64,000 bases of DNA from Alphaproteobacteria bacterium. GTDB taxonomy: Bacteria; Pseudomonadota; Alphaproteobacteria; MPNO01; UBA830. Below are positions 59,108 through 64,000 of the stretch, piece after piece. Position numbers and translations under genes: made by a program. Each line of letters starts with the position of its first letter. Position 1 is the stretch's first letter. Where the stretch lies: positions 4,480,001 through 4,544,000 of the forward strand of contig OZ251539.1 in assembly GCA_965243135.1 (NCBI GenBank). Reading direction: 5' to 3'. The notes under the pieces are model-generated. The model was not told the DNA's origin and did not search any database. It worked only from the letters and a program-made list of their open reading frames with translations.

Positions 59108-59920
59108 ATGTTGACGCGAACGATTCCTTCCTCGGGGGAGCGCGTCGCCGCGGTCGGCGTCGGCACGTGGCGGGGCTTCGACGTCGGGAGCGGAACGGCG
59201 GCGCGCGCACCGTTGCGCCGCGTCCTCGAAACGCTGACGGACCGCGGCGCCCAAGTCGTCGACTCGTCGCCGATGTACGGCGCGGCCGAAGGAGTCGCGG
59301 GCGACCTCTTGGCCGAACTCGATCGACCGGCCTTCGTCGCGACCAAGGTATGGACGCGGGGACGGCGCGCGGGGATTCGGCAGATGGAAACTTCCTTCTC
59401 TCTGTTCCGCCGGGAAACGATCGACCTGATGCAGATCCACAACCTGGTGGACTGGAAGACCCATCTCCGAACCATGCGCGAATGGCGGCGAGAGGGCCGT
59501 ATCCGCTATGTCGGCTACACGCATTACCGGCCGCATGCTTTTCCGGAACTCATGGATACGATGCGGAAGGAGCCGGTGGACTTCGCGCAGTTCTGTTATT
59601 CCATCGAAGAACGCGACGCCGAAACCGACATCCTGCCGTTCTGCGCGGCGAACGGCGTCGCAACCCTGATCAACCTTCCGTTCGGCGGCGGCGGGCTCCT
59701 CTCGCGCCTGCGTTCCAGGCCGCTGCCGGATCTCGCCGCCGAACTGGAATGCGCGACCTGGGCGCAGTTCTGCCTCAAATACGTCATCTCGCATCCGGCG
59801 GTGACGTGCGCCATTCCCGGTACCGGTAATCCGGACCATATGGCCGAACTCGTCGCCGCTGCGACCGGACCGATTCCCGACGAAAGAACCCGGCAGGCGA
59901 TGGCTGCGCTGATGTCCTGA
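59108..59920 (+). CDS. Aldo/keto reductase
   Basis: GVGTW, DSSPMYG, ATKVW, IDLMQIHN, IPGT. Confidence 0.92.
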   Translation: MLTRTIPSSGERVAAVGVGTWRGFDVGSGTAARAPLRRVLETLTDRGAQVVDSSPMYGAAEGVAGDLLAELDRPAFVATKVWTRGRRAGIRQMETSFSLFRRETIDLMQIHNLVDWKTHLRTMREWRREGRIRYVGYTHYRPHAFPELMDTMRKEPVDFAQFCYSIEERDAETDILPFCAANGVATLINLPFGGGGLLSRLRSRPLPDLAAELECATWAQFCLKYVISHPAVTCAIPGTGNPDHMAELVAAATGPIPDERTRQAMAALMS

Positions 59921-59988
59921 CGATAGCCCCTGAGTTCGACGGCGCCGGGAACCGACCGCTACGCCCTCTTGCGGATGCCGGGCCGGCG

Positions 59989-61242
59989 TCACGGCCCCAG
60001 CGCCGCGATCGGTATGACCGCCACCCCGTCGTCCCGTAGGTAACCATAACCGGACCCCACGATGACTCCGAGGATTCGTGGCGGCCCAGCCCCCTCGGGG
60101 TTCACGCGATCGCGAAACTTCAGCAGGGCCTTCGCGGCAGTGTCGATCTGCCTGCCGCCGAGCTTGACTTCGAAACCGCACCACTCGCCTTGCCGGTTTT
60201 CCACGATCGCGTCCACTTCGAGCCCCGTGTTGTCCCTGTAGTGATAGACGGCCGCGTCGCAAGCGCGGGCGTAAACCGAGAGATCGCGATGAACCAGGGA
60301 TTCGAACAGCGGTCCCGTGAATTCAAGATCCGCCAGAAGCCACGCCGGGGACGCGCCGAGGGCGGCGACCGCCAGGGACGGGTCGACGAAATGCCGTTTC
60401 GGAGCGCGGCGCGGAAAGGACCGCGACCGGAGCCGGGGCGACCACGCCGGCTGCTCCTCGCAGACCATCAACCGACGCAGAGAATCCAGATAGCTACGCA
60501 CCGCGTCGCCATCCAGAGGACCGTCGTCTCCTCCGGCATCCGCCGCGATCGCTCTGGCGCTGACCGGCGTCGCCACGCTCCGCGCCAGCGAACGAAGCAC
60601 CCTGCCGACGTTTTCCGGCGCGCGGCGAACGCTGTCCGGACGGGAAATGTCGACGCGGCGAATTTCCTCCAAGTAATCGACGCAAGCGGTCAGACAAGCT
60701 TCGTCGGACAGATCCAGATGGCCGGGCCAGCCTCCCCTGCAGATTTGCACGGCGAGATCCTGCAACGGCAAACCGGGATCAGGACAGCCGTCGAATCGGC
60801 TTTGCATCAGCTCCCGCAATGAAATTTCCCCGGTGGAAATCCGGGTCTCCGCCAAGGTCATGGTGCGCAACCGCAGACGGGAAATTCGGCCCGCCCCGGT
60901 ATGGCGCGCGATATCGTCGGCCGGCACCGCCGAGCCGGTCAGGATGAATCGCCCGCGGCGTCCGGACCGATCGACTGCGCGGCGGACATGATTCCACAGC
61001 GCCGGTTCGATCTGCCATTCGTCGATCAGTCGCGGCGTTTCCCCCGTCAATACCAATGCCGGGTCTACCTCCGCCGCCCGCCGCGCGTTCTCGTCGACAT
61101 CCAGCAGCACCTCGCTCGACGCCGCCTGTCGAGCCATCGCCGTTTTTCCGCAGGCTCGCGGTCCCTCTATGAGCACCGCGCCGGCTGATTGCAGCCTGCG
61201 GACGAGTTCGGCGTCGCCGATTCGCGAACGGTACGCGTCCAT
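59989..61242 (-). CDS. AAA_14 + DUF4143 ATP-binding protein
   Basis: GPRACGKT, LIDEWQ, ILTGS, PKRHFVDPS, YHYRD..EVDAI..EVK. Confidence 0.9.
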   Translation of the reverse strand: MDAYRSRIGDAELVRRLQSAGAVLIEGPRACGKTAMARQAASSEVLLDVDENARRAAEVDPALVLTGETPRLIDEWQIEPALWNHVRRAVDRSGRRGRFILTGSAVPADDIARHTGAGRISRLRLRTMTLAETRISTGEISLRELMQSRFDGCPDPGLPLQDLAVQICRGGWPGHLDLSDEACLTACVDYLEEIRRVDISRPDSVRRAPENVGRVLRSLARSVATPVSARAIAADAGGDDGPLDGDAVRSYLDSLRRLMVCEEQPAWSPRLRSRSFPRRAPKRHFVDPSLAVAALGASPAWLLADLEFTGPLFESLVHRDLSVYARACDAAVYHYRDNTGLEVDAIVENRQGEWCGFEVKLGGRQIDTAAKALLKFRDRVNPEGAGPPRILGVIVGSGYGYLRDDGVAVIPIAALGP

Positions 61243-61593
61243 ATCTCCCGAGCGTCAACGCGACAATCAATCGTTCAGGGCCGTTATCTGCAACGCCGTG
61301 AACCAGCCAAATATAACCAATCCAACCTGGCATTTGCAACGCAATTAACCGACCAAATGGAACGAATATAACCGGGCATTCGCAAAGCGCCGCCATTCGA
61401 GAAACCGCCGGGGAGACCGATTCCATCGCCGCCGCGCGTGCCCGCTTTCCAGCTGGCGGCCGAACGTGGAAGCCGGACGCAAAAAATGCGCCGACGATCC
61501 GACGCCGACACGTCCCGCCGCGCGCGCCGCTTTACCTACGGCCCCGAATTTGTGATTGTGCGCGGCCGCAACGATGCCGCTTGGGAGACCGAC

Positions 61594-62955
61594 ATGTCCG
61601 ACACCGTCAAATTCGTCCTCGAAGAAAAGGATCTCCCGCGCCACTGGTACAACGTCATGGCGGATCTTCCGCAGCCGCCGGCGCCGCCGCTCCATCCCGG
61701 GACGGGACAGCCCGTGGGCCCGGACGACCTCGCGCCCCTGTTCCCGATGGCGTTGATCATGCAGGAGGTCTCGGCCGAACGCGAAATCGAAATCCCCGAC
61801 GAGGTCCGCGACATCTACAAGCAATGGCGCCCGTCGCCGCTGTTCCGCGCCCGCCGGCTCGAAGCGGCGCTCGATACCCCGGCGAAGATCTACTACAAGT
61901 ACGAGGGAGTGAGCCCGGCCGGCAGCCACAAGCCCAACACCGCGGTCGCGCAAGCGTACTACAACAAGCAGGAAGGCGTCGCCCGGCTCGCGACCGAAAC
62001 CGGCGCGGGACAGTGGGGCTCGGCGCTCGCCTTCGCCGGCGCGCTTTTCGGCCTGGAAGTCGACGTCTACATGGTGAAGGTTTCGTTCCAGCAGAAGCCT
62101 TACCGCAAGGCGTTGATGGAATCATACGGCGCGCGCTGCGTCGCGAGCCCCTCGGACGAAACCGCGGCGGGGCGCGCGATCCTCGAGCGGAGTCCGGATT
62201 CGACCGGCAGCCTCGGCATCGCGATCTCGGAAGCCGTCGAGGTCGCGGCCACGCGGGACGACACGAAATATGCGCTCGGCAGCGTTCTCAATCACGTGCT
62301 GCTGCACCAGACCGTCGTCGGACAGGAAGCCCTCGCGCAGCTCGAAATGGCCGGAGACTACCCGGACGTGATCGTCGGCTGCACCGGCGGCGGGTCCAAC
62401 TTCAGCGGCATCTCCTTTCCGTTCATCGGCGAGAAGCTGCGCGGCGGAAAGGATGTCCGCGTCGTCGCGGTCGAGCCCGCGGCGTGCCCCTCGCTGACGC
62501 GCGGCAGGTTCGCCTACGACTTCGGCGACACCGGCCACCTGACGCCGCTCGTGAAGATGCACACCTTGGGCTCGACCTTCATCCCGCCCGGCTTCCACGC
62601 CGGCGGGCTGCGCTATCACGGCATGGCACCGCTGGTCAGCCACGTCCAGGAAATCGGCCTCATCTCGTCGAAAGCCTACCGGCAGACCGAGTGCTTCGCG
62701 GCCGGCGTGCAGTTCGCCCGGGCCGAAGGCGTCCTGCCGGCCCCCGAAGCCAATCACGCGGTCAAGGGAGCCATCGACGAAGCGCTGCGCTGCAAGGAGG
62801 AAGGCCGGCCGGAGACGATCCTGTTCAACCTGTGCGGCCACGGCCATTTCGACATGCAGGCCTATACCGACTATTTCTCGGGCAATCTCGTCGATCAAGA
62901 TTACGACGAAAACGAGCTGGCGATGGCGCTCGCCGGACTGCCGGCCGTCGCGTAA
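61594..62955 (+). CDS. trpB2: TrpB-like PLP enzyme (TrpB2)
   Basis: [37 protein letters not shown]. Confidence 0.95.
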   Translation: MSDTVKFVLEEKDLPRHWYNVMADLPQPPAPPLHPGTGQPVGPDDLAPLFPMALIMQEVSAEREIEIPDEVRDIYKQWRPSPLFRARRLEAALDTPAKIYYKYEGVSPAGSHKPNTAVAQAYYNKQEGVARLATETGAGQWGSALAFAGALFGLEVDVYMVKVSFQQKPYRKALMESYGARCVASPSDETAAGRAILERSPDSTGSLGIAISEAVEVAATRDDTKYALGSVLNHVLLHQTVVGQEALAQLEMAGDYPDVIVGCTGGGSNFSGISFPFIGEKLRGGKDVRVVAVEPAACPSLTRGRFAYDFGDTGHLTPLVKMHTLGSTFIPPGFHAGGLRYHGMAPLVSHVQEIGLISSKAYRQTECFAAGVQFARAEGVLPAPEANHAVKGAIDEALRCKEEGRPETILFNLCGHGHFDMQAYTDYFSGNLVDQDYDENELAMALAGLPAVA

Positions 62956-62963
62956 GGACGGCC

Positions 62964-63431
62964 TCAGCCGCGGCGTTCCTCGAGCACGGCGAGAATCGCG
63001 TCGACGATCCCGACGTATCCGGTGCAGCGGCACAGATTGCCGGCAAGTTCCAGCCGCACCCGCGCCTCGTCGGCACCGGGCAACCGGAGAACGATGTCGC
63101 GCGCAGCGACCAGCATGCCGGGCGTGCAATAGCCGCATTGGAGCGCGTGATGTTCGTGGAACGCCTTCCTGAGCTGCGCCATGGACTCGTCGTCGTCGAA
63201 GCCTTCGATGGTGGTGATTTCGGCGCCGTCGGCGGCCACCGCGAAGGTTATGCAGGAGCGCATCGGCTCGCCGTTCATCAGCACCGTGCAGGCGCCGCAC
63301 ACGCCGTGCTCGCAGCCGAGATGAGTTCCCGTCAGCCGGCGGTGGTCGCGGATGAAATCCGCCAGCGAAAGGCGGGGCTCGACCTCGGCGGCAACGGGCT
63401 CGCCGTTGATGGTGAGCGACAGCGCGTTCAT
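62964..63431 (-). CDS. CoxS/CutS-like (2Fe-2S) subunit
   Basis: GCEHGVCGAC, QCGYCTPG, GNLCRCTGY. Confidence 0.92.
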   Translation of the reverse strand: MNALSLTINGEPVAAEVEPRLSLADFIRDHRRLTGTHLGCEHGVCGACTVLMNGEPMRSCITFAVAADGAEITTIEGFDDDESMAQLRKAFHEHHALQCGYCTPGMLVAARDIVLRLPGADEARVRLELAGNLCRCTGYVGIVDAILAVLEERRG

Positions 63432-64000
63432 GCGAAGGCCCTCCCGACGGCGCGGCTGAGCGCCACCGCGTGAATCTGGAGTTCGTAGTCGTCGAAGCCG
63501 GGGTCCAGCGCGTCGATCATGTCTCGCGCTTCGGCGATGGAGATTTCCGTCGCTCCGGCGGCAAGTTTTCCTTCGACCGCCGACACCCGGAACGGCGCGG
63601 AACCAGTCGCGCCGCAGATCGCGCGCGGCTCCGCGCCGACCGTCGCCGCGCCGATCGCGTCGGCAAACTCGCCGGGCTTGCGGCAAACCTTGTAGTAGCC
63701 CCAAGGGACGCCGCCGCCGAGCTGCGGCAGTTCGACCGCCGCGAGCACCTCGTCGTGACCGAGAGCCGTCGCGAAGGGGCCGATCTGGAACCCGTCAAGC
63801 GGAATCCGCCGCTCTCCGTCGGCGCCGACGGCCACGACCTCGCCGCCCAACGCCAGAAGCGCCGCCGGCCAGTCGGCGGCGGGGTCGGCATGCGCGAGCG
63901 AACCGCCGATCGTTCCCCGGTTGCGGACCGACCGGTAGGAAATGCCGGACGCGACCTGCTGCATGAAGGCTCCGCTGCGGCCGGGAACGGCGCCGTCCTC
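63428..64000 (-). CDS. CoxM/CutM-like FAD-binding subunit, 5' partial
   Basis: VRNRGTIGGSLAHADPAAD; ATGA overlap with the small subunit. Confidence 0.9.
   Translation of the reverse strand, partial: EDGAVPGRSGAFMQQVASGISYRSVRNRGTIGGSLAHADPAADWPAALLALGGEVVAVGADGERRIPLDGFQIGPFATALGHDEVLAAVELPQLGGGVPWGYYKVCRKPGEFADAIGAATVGAEPRAICGATGSAPFRVSAVEGKLAAGATEISIAEARDMIDALDPGFDDYELQIHAVALSRAVGRAFA

Overview
GC-rich bacterial window, most likely an alphaproteobacterium (gene order ffh-rpsP-rimM-trmD-rplS-leuC-leuD-leuB, cob genes, alphaproteobacterial-type tRNA-fMet remnant). All family calls come from motifs recognised by eye; no searches were run. Layout: (1) ~0.9-13.3 kb defence island starting at a decayed tRNA-fMet: MITE, Tat-HIRAN gene, HEPN plus decayed MNT(-HsdS-like), DUF3800 remnant, AlbA_2/Schlafen-ATPase, type III R-M with an MNT-HEPN pair between mod and res, and VapC. 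(2) 13.7-24.2 kb mannosylation cluster: 2 TMTC-like, 1 TMEM260-like and 1 PIG-B/ALG9-like GT-C enzyme, manC, and polyprenol-P-mannose synthase-GtrA. (3) Rpn nuclease, cobalamin genes and the core ffh-leu block. (4) AT-rich SIR2-like/STAND/TPR/OB gene coupled to a small RxxxxH gene. (5) Ferritin-like/RdhA-like/aminotransferase operon. (6) AAA-ATPase + DUF3226 pair hit by two IS elements. (7) Metabolic genes. Best candidates for new biology: a type III Res subunit carrying a VapB-like antitoxin tail directly upstream of an otherwise orphan vapC, the eukaryote-like multi-family mannosylation cluster, and the STAND protein with an apparently dead SIR2 and a separate HEPN-like partner.
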